DNA from: Mobula hypostoma
Taxonomy: Eukaryota
NCBI RefSeq assembly: GCF_963921235.1
Contig: NC_086097.1
Location: 173,168,001-173,232,000 of the forward strand
Direction of reading: 5' to 3'
DNA length: 64,000 nt
The notes beneath the pieces were generated by a model. That model was not told where the DNA came from, searched no databases, and saw only the letters and a list, made by a program, of their open reading frames with translations. Below, piece after piece: positions 1-14,270 of the stretch. A program made the position numbers and the translations under genes. The first letter of the stretch is position 1. Each line of letters opens with the position of its first letter.

Positions 1-2329
1 ATTGTCAACACTTAATTTTGCTATTTTAATATGCATGGATTAAGAACTAAGACTTCTGCACATATTTACCATCAACAGAGACATTGTAGATTATTTCAAT
101 TTATTCACATCCCCTGGTTTCATTTGAATGTTAAAGGGAACAGCTGGTTGACCAGATGAATGAGTGACTTAATTACCCTAGACTTGGAACTAGTGAAATA
201 CTGTGAATTTACCACATATAAATTTATTGTGCCTCTGGCTCTTTAGGAAGTTTTGTTGCTTGGTGATTCTTTATGTTATGGACAGATTTATTGGATGGAA
301 CACCTAATAAATTTACACGACTAAAAAATTCCTTTTCAGTATGCACAATACTTATCCCACATACCTGTTTAATAAATAGTTTATTTTTTAAAATGCAGCA
401 ATAAGTTTTATAGAATGGATTTAGATGAATCATAATCCTTTGACATCTTTAGGCATAGAAATTTATCTTTGATAGTGCTAAGCAGCTCAATCAAAAAAAA
501 TATTGATAGAAGTGTACAATGAATTTCCATATAATACTAGTGTAGTGTTGTAGTAGCTGAGGACAGATTTCTCACCTCCCGCGATGCCTATTTCAGGGCA
601 ACATTAATTTACCACACTTCTCTACTAATATATCACCAACACCTTTTCAATATTATTTTGATTTAGACATATGTCTATGGGTAGAAACTGAACCCATTGC
701 ATGTTTTAGTATATGATCTGTGGATAAAAGGCCATTAGCTCACACTAATGACCATTTCTGGGTCAACTGGCAGCAATCAAGAAATTGGTCTGTCATGTGA
801 TTCTCACCATACAGCTGAAGTTTGCAAATGTTTGTTCCACTGCTGACAGACACTGGGGCTTTTCAGGGAATCTACTAACTTTTTGTTACTGATTAAACAG
901 AAAGCAGGAGTACATTTCATTTCACTGTTTTCAGAAAAGCATCAGAAATTATGAGATGTGCTCTGTAACTTCAATGATCCACAAGCCACATCTCTCTTTC
1001 CAATTGTCAGGTTTATGTTATATGATCCCCTGGAGCTTCATTTAATAGTTACAGACTTTTAAAAATAATTTGTGATCATTGGCACCTTGTACAGCTTGCA
1101 GGTTGCAATAGAATGAGGGTACCTGTGGTCCAATCCAACCACTCACTGCACACTACTGCAGGGTGAGCGCCCAGCAATACAAGAAAGTACATTTTTCACA
1201 TCCATCCAATGGCCCACTTTACCTAACCACCCTGTGTTCAGCTGTAGTGCAGCTGCCTCAAAGTGTGTACTTTAAGAGCTATTTAACCTTCCAGTGGACA
1301 GCAAAGCAATAAGGCAGCAGCCATAAGCTCTGTGGGCATTTGGAATCATAAGAGCATAGAATCGCTCCGCAAAAGAATGGGCCATTTCAGCCCACTTCAT
1401 TCATGCCTACCTTGCCAGTTTGGCACCAGGTCAGAGGCAAGTAAAATTTCTGTCAGTAATTTAAGATGAGATCTGCTCAAACAATTTTTAACCAGCTTTT
1501 TCTGCAGTCTTATTTTTCTTTGTGGGCATCTAATCAGGCATTAGTGCCATGTGCACTGGTCATTTTGCACACCTAGAGGTAGAGAACTCCAATTTTCTAC
1601 ACATTAAAGAGGCAAAGGATTTATTAATAAAAAGCCACCATATTTATTGTATGTTATGGAGCAAAGATAAGATAATGCTCAGGGAAGAAAGAATCTGTTC
1701 TGGGTGAATGAGATTGAGACATATAACTTCTAAGAAAAGTATTTTTAACTTAATATACTCAAAACTGTTTATATGCAAAGAAAGTATAAAATTCAAGCAA
1801 AATAGTTTTCACATCATATTTCTCAAAAAGTTATGCACACATTCCAAGACAAGTATTACATCAACTGGCTTATGCAATATTTCTTCTCCTTAACTGACTC
1901 ATTTGAATATTATGATTTTTTTTAATAAAGTGGCAACAACTTGTAATTATGGGTGCCCTTCATATTGTTAAGTTCTCCTACTTTCTTTACTGACATAAAG
2001 GAAATAAAGAAAATTATAAGAGAGCAATGCAAATTTTGACAGAGGAGGTGTGACTTGAGGGTTTTAGGAAGTAGATGGAGGGAAGCAGGATAAGATTTCC
2101 TGAACATGGAAAGCTGAAAGTGAACAGAGGATATGTGGGAGTTAAAATCTAGCAAATTAACAGTGGGAGGTACAGAGAATTTAGGATTGAGATGAGAAAG
2201 TGGAAGGGTATAAGTGTTGACTGAGATGAGATAAGATGATTTGTCAACACTCAAGGGAACTCTGATCCCCTTGACATTTTATATCAGAGGCTGGAGCAAG
2301 AATAAGAAATCAGATAATTTATGTTACAT

Positions 2330-3770
2330 CATTCATTAAGATCATCTTTGAACTTCTACCTCAATGCCATTTTGCAGCACAATCCTCATTCTTAACTCAA
2401 TCCATCTCTGTTTAGAATGAGTACTCTAGGTCAGAGAATTCCAATGATTCCCTCCAGTGAAAAAAATTTCCATTTCAGTCCTAAACAGTTACCTCATTAT
2501 TCTGAAACTAAGCCCCGTGGTTCTAATCTCCTCAGCCAGGAGAAACATTTTCCCTGCATTCAACCTGAAAAGCCCTTTAAAAAACTTGTACAAAGATCTT
2601 TTTTCATTCTTTTAGATTCTAAAGAATGCAGATCTAGTTTATTTGTCATCTCATATGATAAACCTGACATCCCTGTAAACAGTCAAGTGAATCTTTATTG
2701 CACTCCCTCACTGAGAATTATAACCTTTCTTAGATAAGGAGAGCAAAACTGCACACAATACTCCAGATGCAGTCACATCAATGCTCACTACAAATTTAAT
2801 AAGACTTCCTTAAGCGTAAAGTTCTGGTGACTTTATTTAAGAAACGATATACAAACATTGAAGGTAGTCCACAGAAGAACCACTAGGCAAGTTCCCGGGA
2901 TGCAAGGGTTGTCGTATCATAAAAGGCTAGAATCAAAGTTAAATCTGTATTCATTGGAGATTTGAAGAATGGGACAGGTAAACGTGAACAGATAAAATCC
3001 TTTTGGGGATATGTCAGAGTAGATGTTGAGATGTTTTCAATTGTGGGAGAGTCTCAAATAACAAGACATAACTACAAGGAAAGGGACTAATTGTTTAAAA
3101 GTGAGGTGCATAAAAATTTCCTCTTGCAGAGTGTGGTAAAACCCTGAAACCTTCTATCTGAGAGGATTTGATGTGGGTGGGGGGTAGATCACTGGAAACA
3201 TTTAAAACAGAGAAATGAAATTTCATAAGATCAGATAACCGAGGGCTATATGGAGCTGGCATCGATGAATAGTTGAAGCCTCGGGCAGATCAACCATGAT
3301 TGGTTTGAATAATGGAGGAGCTCTGAGGGGCCAGGTGGTCCAATCCTGCTTCTATTTTCTTGTGTTCTCATATATTCCTTTATTCAAATTCCCTTTCTAA
3401 CATTCCATTTGCTCTCTTAATTGATTGCTGCACCTGCATACAGGCCTTCGGGGACTTGTATACAAGCACACTCAGGTCCCTTTGAGTATCAGTGATACCC
3501 AATCTCTCACCATTTAACAAATGTACTGTTTTCTATTATGTGCACCAAAGCGGTGCACATATTTTTTTCCACTTTATATTCCATCTGCTATGTTCTCACT
3601 CACTCAGCTTGTCCATATCCCCAGAACACCTCTAAACATCCTCCTTGATTCTTACAATCCCATCTAGTTTAGTACTGTCAGCAAATTTAGAAATATAACA
3701 TTTCTCCTCCTCAAGCAAAATTCTTAATCCACCTTCTGAGAGACTGGGGTCCAAACCCTGACATATCCCT
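2330..3770 (-). mobile_element. Old CR1 LINE remnant (minus) interrupted by a plus-strand CR1 3' fragment at about 2815-3370
   Basis: Degenerate antisense CR1 RT motifs (caaaactgcacacaatactccag; gtcagcaaatttag) flank a plus-strand CR1 3' end ending ...tcctgcttctattttcttgtgttct. Boundaries approximate. Confidence 0.65.
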
Positions 3771-3929
3771 CACAGTCAAAATCAGTCTTAGCATTTGGTC
3801 CCAAAGTCAATTCTCAATTTATATCAGTACCCAATTACATGTGCTCTGACTTTGTTGATGGACCTCCTGTGCGACAGCTAAAGATAAACACGAACATTGA
3901 AACATATAGTAAAATGCTTCGTTTGCATC

Positions 3930-4165
3930 AAAGTTAATCAATGAGGATTGTGTGGGTGGCTCACAAGTGTCTCCATGCTTCCTGCACGCCAACAACTCAC
4001 TACATCTTTGGGATGTGGAAGGCAGCTGGAACAGCCAAAGGAAACCCTTTGCAGTCACAGGGACAATATGCAAACTCCTTACTAACAGCGGCAGGAATTG
4101 AACCCCGATCGGTATTTGCTGGTACTGTAAAGTGAGGCATTAATTGCTACGTTACTGTGACACCC
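3930..4165 (-). mobile_element. tRNA-derived SINE fragment (V-SINE/HE1-like)
   Basis: Antisense similarity to the SINE at 32630 (gggatgtggaaggcagctgg...caaactcc...ggaattgaaccc; B-box GGTTCAATTCC on minus). Confidence 0.55.
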
Positions 4166-4499
4166 TTGAACACCCTCCAAAAATGCAAATACACCATATC
4201 CACTAGTTTCCACTTATCTTTCTGTCAGTCACATCCTTTAGCAGATTAGTCAAACATGATTTCCAGTTCATTAATCCATGACAATGATGATGTACAATTT
4301 TAATATTCTTTTCAAGATGTTTTATTACTACAGCTTTCAGCATTTCACTATTACAGACACAAAGCTAACATTTTCCACCCTGGAACAGTATCAGAATCTA
4401 CAAAACTTTGGAAGATGTGAACAGCGCATTCTCGATTTCTAAAGTCACCTCTTTCAAGAACCTGGGAAGTAAATCATCAAATCCTTGAGATTTCTAAAT

Positions 4500-4975
4500 T
4501 CAAACTTCAAAGTAAATTTATTTTCCAAGTATATATATGTTATTGTATATTACCTATAGATTAATTTTCTTGCTGATATACTCAGTAATTCTAAGAACCA
4601 TGATAGAATCAATGAAACACCACACCCAGTAGGGTGGACAAACAACCAATGTGCAAAAGACAACAAACTTTGCAAATACAAAAGAAAAAAAACAATAACT
4701 ATCAAGAACATTAGATGTAGAGTTCTTGAAAATTAGTCCATAGCTTCTGGGAAAAATTCAGTGATGAGGTAAGTGAAGTTGAATGAAGTTATCCTCACTA
4801 GTTCAAGAGCCTGATGGTTGAGAGGTAATAATTGTTCTTGAACATGGTAGTGTGTCCTGAGACTTCTGTAGCTTCTACCTGATGGCAGCAGCGAGAAGAG
4901 TGGGTCCTGGGTGTTGGGGTTCCCTGATGATAGATGCTGCTTTCTTGTGGCAGCACTCCATGTAAATGTACAATT
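4500..4975 (-). mobile_element. Rex1/Babar-type LINE 3' fragment
   Basis: Minus translation LFSLLPSGRSYRSLRT..FKNNYY is typical of the Rex1 ORF C-terminus; tail ...aataaatttactttgaa. Confidence 0.65.
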
Positions 4976-5084
4976 CGCAAACTTCTCCAATACTATTTTA
5001 TAAATAACGGGTTTTTATAGAACCGCATTCTCACTGGATCCTTGTTTTTTCTAATATAGTGAGCAAGTTCTCTATATTTGAAAG

Positions 5085-5900
5085 TCATAAAGTAGCACAG
5101 CATAGAAAAAGGCCATTCAGCACACACATTTGTGCTGATATTTTTCCCTATCTAAAGAAAACCAATGGGCTCACAATTCATCAATATCTTTCTGCGCCTT
5201 GCATATGCAAGTGTCTATTAAAACACCTCTTAAATGTATCTGATTGTACCTCCTCTGGCAGATGTTGCAGATGGCAGCTCCTGTGTAAAAAAAAAACCTT
5301 CCCTCTCAAATCCTTTCTAAATCTTCTTGCTTTCACCTTGAATCTATGCCTTCTTGTTTTGGAAACCCCAATTGTGGGAAAAAATTATCGTTAGCTATCC
5401 CTTTGATAACGTTATATATCTTCATTTGGTCATTCCTCCGCCTCCCTCACTCCAGGAAAAACAAACACAGCCTATCCAGCCTCTCCAGATAACTAAAATC
5501 CACCAGGCAACATCCTGGTGAACTTCTTCTGTACTCACTCCAGTCCAACCACATCCATCCTATGGTGTGATGACCAGAATGACACAAAATACTCCAAGTG
5601 CAGTGTAGAGTTTTGCAAAGTCACAGCATTATATTCTGTAACTTGACCTATGTAGGCACACATGGTGTCTGCTGCCTTCTTCACTTTATCTACCTTTCTT
5701 GCTACTTCAAAGACCTACAGGCTGGAACCAAAAGTTCTCTGCATCAATATTCCATAGTATTCTATTATTTACAAAGCATGTCCTATCCCTAAATGACTTT
5801 TAAATGCATCATCATGGTCCAGTTGAGATTAAATTCCATCTGCCAATCTCCACCTAACTTTCCAATGAGCTATATTGATATCCTACTATAAACTGCCATT
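5085..5900 (-). mobile_element. Degenerate CR1 LINE fragment
   Basis: Antisense CR1 3' UTR and RT C-terminal motifs (gaccagaatgacacaaaatactcc; aaattccatctgcca). Confidence 0.6.
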
Positions 5901-6949
5901 AGCTTCATCATTATCCACTAATTCTGTGAAGGACAGCACAAAGCAATTGATAGTTTCTCTGCCACTTTCTATTTTCCTTAAAAATGTTATTGCCCACACA
6001 AGCCCTAATTAGTCATTTCCTTTTTACATCTTCTATATTGAAGTCCTGTCTCCTTCCCTGGTACCTTATTCTCAAAACGAAATTTCACTACTTAAGCACT
6101 AAACACTGCTTTAAGAATCGTATGTAAGCCTATGCGAACTTAGCCTTTCACGAGAGCAAAAGAAATAGGAGAAGTAGGTCACACAGCTCTTCAAGCCTCC
6201 TGCTGCATTAAACACAACTGATCTGATCTTTAGCTTCAAGTTACCCATTTCAACTCCATAACCATTGATCTCCCCCAAAGCCTAAAACAAAATAAATTTT
6301 CCTGTCTGTTCAATCTCATTCTAATTCCCCACTTACCACTGCTCCTCCCTCACCCAATATATACACTCCATCCCCCAATCTCCCACTCCTCCTTTAGCAT
6401 GCTCCTTGATGTCAATTTTGTTCAGTAACACTCCTGTGAAGCACTTTAGGATATTTTGTTAGTATAAATGCAGGTTGTTATGGTTAGTATGTACTGTGAG
6501 CCAAGACACCTCATTTCTATAGCTATTACCATCCAAGCCACTGCAAATTCACACATAACCATCCTGGGTTCCAGATGCGCACATGGTCCCTGTGTGTTGC
6601 AAATCATAATAACTTGGCATACTTATACTTTATAGGTTAAAAGTTTGTATTCCTACAAGAGCAACTAAATATGAACAGCAATGTGATTTATGCAGAAATT
6701 TTAGAAGCTGAATCAGCAAATTTATAAAAGATATTCATAAAAATGGCTCAAAAGAACAGCACAGAACAGGAAAGGGCCAATTTAATTGCTTCTTTATGTT
6801 TTATTAAGATTTCCCAGTAGCGATCAGCTTTTAGCTAAACCTGAAGGATGCAACTAGAAAATGGTTTAATACAGTAAGGATGTAATTATTTTACTGCAAA
6901 TTTATTGATACGTAAAATAATAATTTCTGAAGGTAGGTGCAGGAACAAC

Positions 6950-8040
6950 GTTTTCCTGTTTAGAGAGTCTAGAACAAGGGATCACCATTGGAAAATAAAG
7001 GCCCGAAAAAAGGAGAAATTTCATCACTGAAATGATAGTGAATCTTAACACTCTGTCCTGGAGAATTGTGGAGGCTTAGTCACAGATTGTGCTCAAAACA
7101 GATGCTGACAGATATACTCTTGCAAAAAAGGGCAAAGGAAAGAGATCTTAAAATCTGAAACAAAAACAGATATTTTAAGAAAACTAATCCAGAGAAGCAG
7201 CATCTGTGATAAAAGACACCGGCTGTGGATTAGAAACCATTCCTTAGATATAGAGGGAGGCATTTTCTTTTAATTATGGAAGACAGCACCTAGATTACTA
7301 TGTACTTGTTTGGCCTTCCAACCTAAGGAAGAATAAATTATAATGGAGGGAGTGTAACTAAGTTTCATCAGTTTGATTTTAAGGATAGATAGATCTTTTG
7401 AGAGGAGATTATGCAGAATGGACCAATGCAATAGAGCTTATAAGAATGAGCAGTTATCTGATGGAAATAAGAGATGTTTCCCCTCACAGGCATGTCTAGA
7501 AATAGGAGTCATAGTTCCAAAAGAAAGGACTTGCCAATCAGACTAAAATGAGAACAACCATCTTCACCTAAAGGGAATAGTAGGATGACCCTTTAGAACA
7601 GAATTGAGAAGGACTTCTTTAGCCGGAGGGTGGAAAATCTATGAAATTTATTGCCACAGACAACTGTGGAGGCCAAGTAACTGGGAATATTTAAATCAGA
7701 GATTGATAGGTTCTTGAGTGGTAAGGCTGTCAAAGGTTACAAGGTGAAGGCAGGAGAATGGGGTCAGGAGGGGAAATAAATCAACCATGATCGAATGGGG
7801 GAGTAGGCTCGATGGCTGAAAGGCCTAATTCTCCTCCTATGTCTCACAGTCTTATGGTAATGAATCTTCGGAATTTTCTACCCATTAGAGCTATGGAAGC
7901 TTAGTCAACGAGACTTTCAATACAAAGATTGCCAGTAAAAGAATCAAGGGATATAGGGTTAGTGCACAAAACTAGTACTCAGGTAAAAGATCAGCAACGA
8001 TCTCAGTGAATGAGTAGCCAACAGCCCACTCTTGTTTCTT
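6950..8040 (+). mobile_element. Cluster of nested CR1 3' fragments
   Basis: Repeated CR1 3' motifs (gagagtctagaacaaggg; gaattgagaaggacttctttagccggaggg; ggcctaattctcctcctatgtct). Confidence 0.6.
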
Positions 8041-11000
8041 AGCTTCTTCCATTAGTAATTGAAATGCACATAGTATAAATTTGTAAAAATCCAGAAAGTT
8101 CATAAAATTATTATTTTTTAAATCATAATTCATGATTTTATGCAGAAAGTACTAACAACAAATCTTTGAGTTCATATTGACTCCGGGAATCCAGTTGACT
8201 TTAGCTTTCTCAAAATCCAATTATATTCTCTCAGATTTGAGATTTAAATCTTGCTAGCTCTTTGGCACATTGCACATACACAATGAATTCCAGCAGATGT
8301 GTATACAGCAACAGGTATGATTTAATCACCAAGGGAAGAAAATTGGTAAATGAATATTGAAGGGTATGGGGTAGGGATTAATATGAAAAACAAAGAAATG
8401 AATTAGGAAAATGTTTTTTTTAATTAGCTACAATGAGGCATTAATATTACAAATGGGCTGAATATTTGTAAAAGGAAAATGATAAAATCCTTCTGCCAAT
8501 TGAGAGGGATGTAGGATTAGAGTCGAGGGCTCTAAGTGAAGAATTAACACTGGATCAGCCGGGATGGATCCTTTGAGTCAGTAATCTTTATAAAATATAA
8601 AGAAAATTTCCACACTTGCTTCAGTTAATGTGTTTCCATCCATCAACAATAGTGATAGTACACGATTGATAAAGAATCCAGGAAAAGGGAGTAGGCTGTC
8701 TGGCCCTCACAGTTGACCCTTCATTCAATAAGGCTGTCAATAATACTGGATAATTAAAAGAGAATGGCTTCAATATGACAACATTTTTAGGCAAGGTGTT
8801 CTCCCATGCAGCTATCTTTAGATAATACAGGTACAGAAGTCTGAAGTCCCACAGCACCAGGTTTGAGTATAGCTACTACTCTACAACCATTCGGTTCTTG
8901 AACCAACACAATCATAGTCAATACAGATTTGCAACACAACAACAAGTTTGATTACTTTCCTTTAAAATTAACTTGTTCCAGTCCAGTTCTGTCTTGTAAA
9001 ATTTATGTTTCATTTATATTTTTATTGCTAATACTGCTTATATATTTCTATGTGCTGTGATTCTGCTGCAAATTTTTCATTGCAGCTTACATACATGTAT
9101 TTCAGTACATGACAATAAACTCTACTTTGACTTTGACAGCCACTCTTTAGGTAACTAGTATAAACTTCTTCCCTCTGTCACAATTGTTAAATGAATGCAT
9201 AAAAACTGAATGTTGAAAAACATCATACATTGTAAGAAAACGGTCATGTTTAATCATTGCTGAAGAGTAGCTCAGCATTTTCTGCACATTCTAGAAACAA
9301 TTTAGAAGACTGAGCTTTTCTGCAGAAATACCTTGCAAACAAGTGCTTTTGGCTCTACAATCACTTGAGTCAGTACCTTTAATTTAGATTATCCAAAGAA
9401 TCTCCTGACCCTGTAGTAGTAAGTGCAGGGAAAATATATGAGGGACATTTAAGAGACCCTTTGGTAGGGACATGGATGAAAGTGAGGGTCTGTGGTAGGA
9501 AAGGGTTAGCTTGATCTAGGAGTGGATTAAAAGTTCAGTACAATATTGTTGGCTGAAAGGCCTATACTGTGCTATATAGTATAAAACATCAGAATCATTA
9601 TCTCATTACTGTCCAACAGCCGAACACTAAACTTTCATAGAAATGGAATCAAAAAAAATTATGACATGGAGGAGGCCAGCTGGCTCATCCTTTCTGTATT
9701 AGTCAAATAAGAGCAACTCAGTCTAATACACCTTACAGTATCACAGTCGCAGCTCTTCAAATAATGTAAAATATGAGAGTCTGCCTGCCCTTTCATTCTT
9801 AGGAAAAAGTTTTCAGATCCCAATCAACTGCTGAATGAAAAATTATTTTCTTCCCCTCCCCCTGATCTATCTAATCCCTGCCCCTTCAGCTGCAGAAATA
9901 GTTCCTTCCAATTTACTCTATCTTGCTCTGTCACATTTTTTTAAAGTTGTACAAGACGTTGGCGAGACTGCATTTGAAATATTGTGTAGTTTTGTTTACT
10001 CTGCCATAGGAAATACATCACTACACTAGAACGACTACCGAGAGTATGGATCCAGTCCAATACCTCACAGGCACATCTCTCCCCATCACTGGCAGTATCT
10101 ACATCCAATTTGCACAACTCTAGTCACTACAGTTTAGCAAGATTATCAACATTTTGAACTCTTTGTACTAAAATAAACTTTCTTTGTTCTAATTGTGCAT
10201 ATTTATGTTTTTCATAAGCTGCTTGTATGATGCCATTGTGCCCAAGTTGCCACTGCCAATAAGATTTTTTTTAAACTGTAGCTGGGCTTACATGTTTACA
10301 TTGTACAACCTTGAGAACCGTCTCCTTTCAAGCAGCCACAAAAAAAAGTCCAAAAGAACCCATTAAAAAAAGCCTGACAAATACCCAATGTGCAGAGAGA
10401 GAAAAAAGAAACAAATTGTGCAAAAGATAAAAGTAAGCAAGTAGCATTGAGAATGAAAGTGAGTCCTCAGACACGAAGCCCAGAGCAGTCTCAACCTCAG
10501 TTCAGCACATAGTGAAGTAAATGTCACGGAGCCTGCAGACATGAAGCCCAGAACAGCCGGAGCAGACCACAGCCTCATCTTCTGTGCAGTGAAGAGTGGA
10601 GTGAATGTCACAGAGCAGCAAGGAGAACTGATAAAGATTTATGAGGAACGGGTCAGCATTCAAAGGACTGAATTATATATAGGGAGAGTTTGGGCAGGAT
10701 TGGTAGGTCAAGTTTTGTCAAATGGGGTGAGCTTTGTAGGTATCACAGTCAGCATGGATGAATTAAGCCAAAGGGCCAATTTCCATGCTATAACACTTTA
10801 TAATTCTAAGTATCCCCTTAAGTCACTCTGTTCCAAAGAAAACTACCCTATTTTACCCAATCTTTCCTCATAAATAGAATTTTGCAGTCTTGGCAGCATC
10901 TTTGTCAATCTCTCCTGCATCCTCCCTATTTAATCATGTTTTTACCCTGTAGTGCCAATACTTCAGCTTGTCCCACCCGTGCCACAAGAAACTAGAAGTC

Positions 11001-13399
11001 CCACACCATCAGTCTCAAGAACAGCTACTTCCCTTCAATCATTCAGTTTCTTGAACCCACTGGAAAAACTCTACTCACAACAGTTTAGCAACACTATGAC
11101 TACTTTGATCACTGATTCTGATTCTGACTATGCACTGAAATGAATTTTGTGCTTTTTTATTTTAATGGATTCTTCATCTCATGTTCTTGATATTTATTGC
11201 TTACCTATTTATTATTATGGAGCTGCAAGATTGTGCCAGCAACTAACAGTGACGTCCTGCAGTTGATGAAACAACAACTGTTCTTATTCTTCCTCTTGTT
11301 ATTTTTCTTCTTCTCTGTGTGTAATTGGAGGCTGTCATTTACATTTGGATCATGTGTTTTTGGGCCAGCTGAGCAATCAAGCGAATTTGCTGTCTCCAAG
11401 GGAATTTGGCATGGTTGAGAACGGAGTGTGCAGCCTAATGGCAGACTGCGAACCTATGATCCGCTCTAGTTCTCAATAATTAAAGCGTCAAGCAAGATTG
11501 AAATTAATGAGGACGAGAGCAGAAGGGGAGTGGGTGTTCAGCGCCGTCTCCTTGCATCTGACCAGTCTCCCTCTCCCTCTCACTTGCTACTGCTGCTGGA
11601 GGAACATGAAAGGGTCTTTGGTCTTGGGCGAGGTTTGATCAGTGCATTTTATGTATTGGACTCGATTTTAAAGAACTCTGCAATTCATGTTGTATGTGTT
11701 TCTGGTTCCTGGTTACTCATTTTATATTGCTATTTTGTGAGATTTTGATCTGGGGAGCGGACTGGCTCCAATTGCAGTCAATGAATGACCCAACACTTTA
11801 ATTGACCTGAATTGAACTAAACTGAACATTCTTAGACTGTTTCAAGGAAACTACGGTTTGATGTTCTGTGTGTTACTTGCTCATTATCTGCTGTTTGCAT
11901 GAGTTATTCTTTTTTTTTGTGCTTTGGGTACTGGATGCTTTTTTAAAAACCTGTTTCTTTCTCTCGTGACTGTCTGCAAGAAGACAAATCTCAGGGTTGT
12001 ATACTGCATAATACTTTGACAATGAATGTACTTTGACTTTGAATCAATATTGTTTTTTCTCTTTTGTGTTTGCACAGTTTGTTGTCTTTTGCAAATTGGT
12101 TGCTTGGCTGCTCAGTTTGGTGTGGTCTTTCATTGATTCTAGTATTGTTCTTGGATTTGCTGAGTATGTCCACAAGAAAATGAATCTCGGAGTTGTATAT
12201 GATGACGTATACGTATACTTCGATAATAAATTTATTCTGAACTTCAATTGTGTGCTTTCTTGTAAAAATAGCACGTCATTTATGTTTAACTTATGTTTGC
12301 TGACGAACACTGCTTGTACGATGCTATGTGTCTGTAATGCTGCTGCACATAAGTTTATCTTCGCACCTGTGCATCGATGCAATTCCATGTATGACAATAA
12401 ACTTAATTTTGACTCTGAAATGTCCAGAAGTGCCTCCACTGCTACAAAGCCGCATGACTCCAATTTTATTAAACACGAATCAACAAAGCAAGACATTCCA
12501 TGTTATTAGGCTTTGGATTATCCTTCTGTGTCTGCTAGATATAGGCAAACGCGTAAGCCTCAGTCTACAAAGAATAACTTTCATGCAAATCGGTTCTCCA
12601 ATACACTGAAAAACCTATGCAATTTTACTTTTTCAGTCACTATAAATCGAGGTTGAGATCTTAAATTGACAATGACATTGCACCCTTATTCTGCACACTA
12701 TTCCAAATTAAAATTTGGAAAAACAATAAAACATCACATACACATATGTGTCTAATTGCATATTTTACATTGATGAGGAAGTCTAAATAACTGTGCCTTT
12801 TAACAGAACTTAGCAGTTACTCAAAGCAAAGGAGATTCCTGGCAATTTAAATAGCTGGTATTTCTGGCCAAAACTTGATATCTACTTCCCAAACAAATTT
12901 TGTTCAGGTTATATCAATTTGACCATAAAACATTAAAGAAGAATAACTTAGAGAATGATATGTTCCTATACTGATAAAATGCATATGACCCAGTTTACTG
13001 TGAGCAAACATTTTGTATAAACGTAGCTCAAGCTCTCTGGGGGAAATTGGAGGAGGAAGCACACGTCTACTTTTAAAAAAACGGGATAACATTCTGCTGA
13101 TAGTTTAACTTGCTGGTGAAAGTGTGAGAAAAAATGCAATAAATAAAATAACTTGTTAAGTTGCACTTGTTGTAACCCATGCAGCCCATATGTAGGATGC
13201 AACATTGAATTATAATTGGGAAGACTACCTTTAATTCTGTTTAAATTAAAATGTGGAATGGGTAATGCATGGTGCAAAACCTTCTAATCTGCAAAACTGC
13301 TAGCAATGGGTTTAAAATCAATTAATTTTGAGTCAGACTGGAAAGGAAATCAAGCTTTAGTTTTGTTCTCATCCTTATGCTACCCAGATGAATAAACTT

Positions 13400-14270
13400 C
13401 AAGTAAAGAGAAAAGGGGAGAAAATTCAAAAATTAGACGTGCAGAAGGACTTGGGAGTCCAAGTGCAGGATACCCTAAAGGTTAACTTGCAGGTAAAGAC
13501 AGTGGTAAGGAAGGCAAATGCAATATTAGCATTCATTTCAAGAGGACTAGGATATAAGTGCAAGGATGTAATGCAGTGGCTTTATAAGGGATTGGTTAAT
13601 TGGAGTATTGTGAGCAGCTCTGGGCCCCTTATCTAAGAAAAGATGTGCTGGCATTGGAGACGGTCCAGAGGAAATTCACAAAAATTATTCTGGGAATGAA
13701 AGGGTTAATGTAGAGAAGGGTTTGATGGCTCTGGGCCTGTACTCATCGGAGTTTAGAAGAATGAGAGGGGATCTCATTGAAACCTATCAAATACTGTAAC
13801 ACGTAGATGGAGTGGATGTAGAGAGGATGTTTCCTGTTGTGGGAGAGTCTAGGACCAGAACCCATAGGTCTCATACAGGAATGTCCATTTAGAAGAGAGA
13901 TGAGGAGGAATTTGTTCAGCCAAAGGGTAGTGTGTCTGTGGAACTCACAACTCATTTTGCACAGACCTGTTTTCAATTTGACAGGAAAGAGTCTTTTCCT
14001 GTCAATCAGTGTCAAAAAAGCCAAATTAAATCCACTGAGATTCAACGTTATAAAACAATAAAACAAGTAAACTTCTGGGGGTGGGTGAATACTTTTCATA
14101 GGCACTGTATTTAAAGCAGAGGTTGACAAGTTCTTGATTAGTCAAGGCATCAAAGGCTATGCGGAGAAAGCAGGAGAATGGGGTTAAGGGGGATAATGGG
14201 TCAGCCACAATGGAATAGCGAAGCAGACTCGAGAACCCGAATGACCTAATTCTATTCCTATGTCTTATCA
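13400..14270 (+). mobile_element. CR1 LINE 3' fragment carrying a solo Tc1 end
   Basis: VQKDLGV..KANAILAFISRGLGYK CR1 RT C-terminus; 3' tail ctattcctatgtcttat. Confidence 0.8.
13950..14107 (+). mobile_element. Isolated Tc1 right terminal inverted repeat
   Basis: Ends gaatacttttcataggcactg|TA; closely similar to the right end of the Tc1 at 30478-32354. Confidence 0.8.

Noticed and set aside
224..365. Acceptor-like site followed by VCGISIVHTEKEFF...EAQ* as a possible VPS13B exon
   Set aside because: It does not resemble the expected next exon (RALNLGILRDPG...). Spliced to the phase-2 end of the 112-nt exon it hits a stop within four codons.
1990..2255. Purine-rich tract and ORF 1922..2254
   Set aside because: Possibly a very old L2-like remnant, but there are no diagnostic motifs and the translation is not protein-like.
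12033..12609. Overlapping 150-158 aa ORFs on both strands
   Set aside because: They lie over stacked LINE 3' UTR tails; compositional artefacts.
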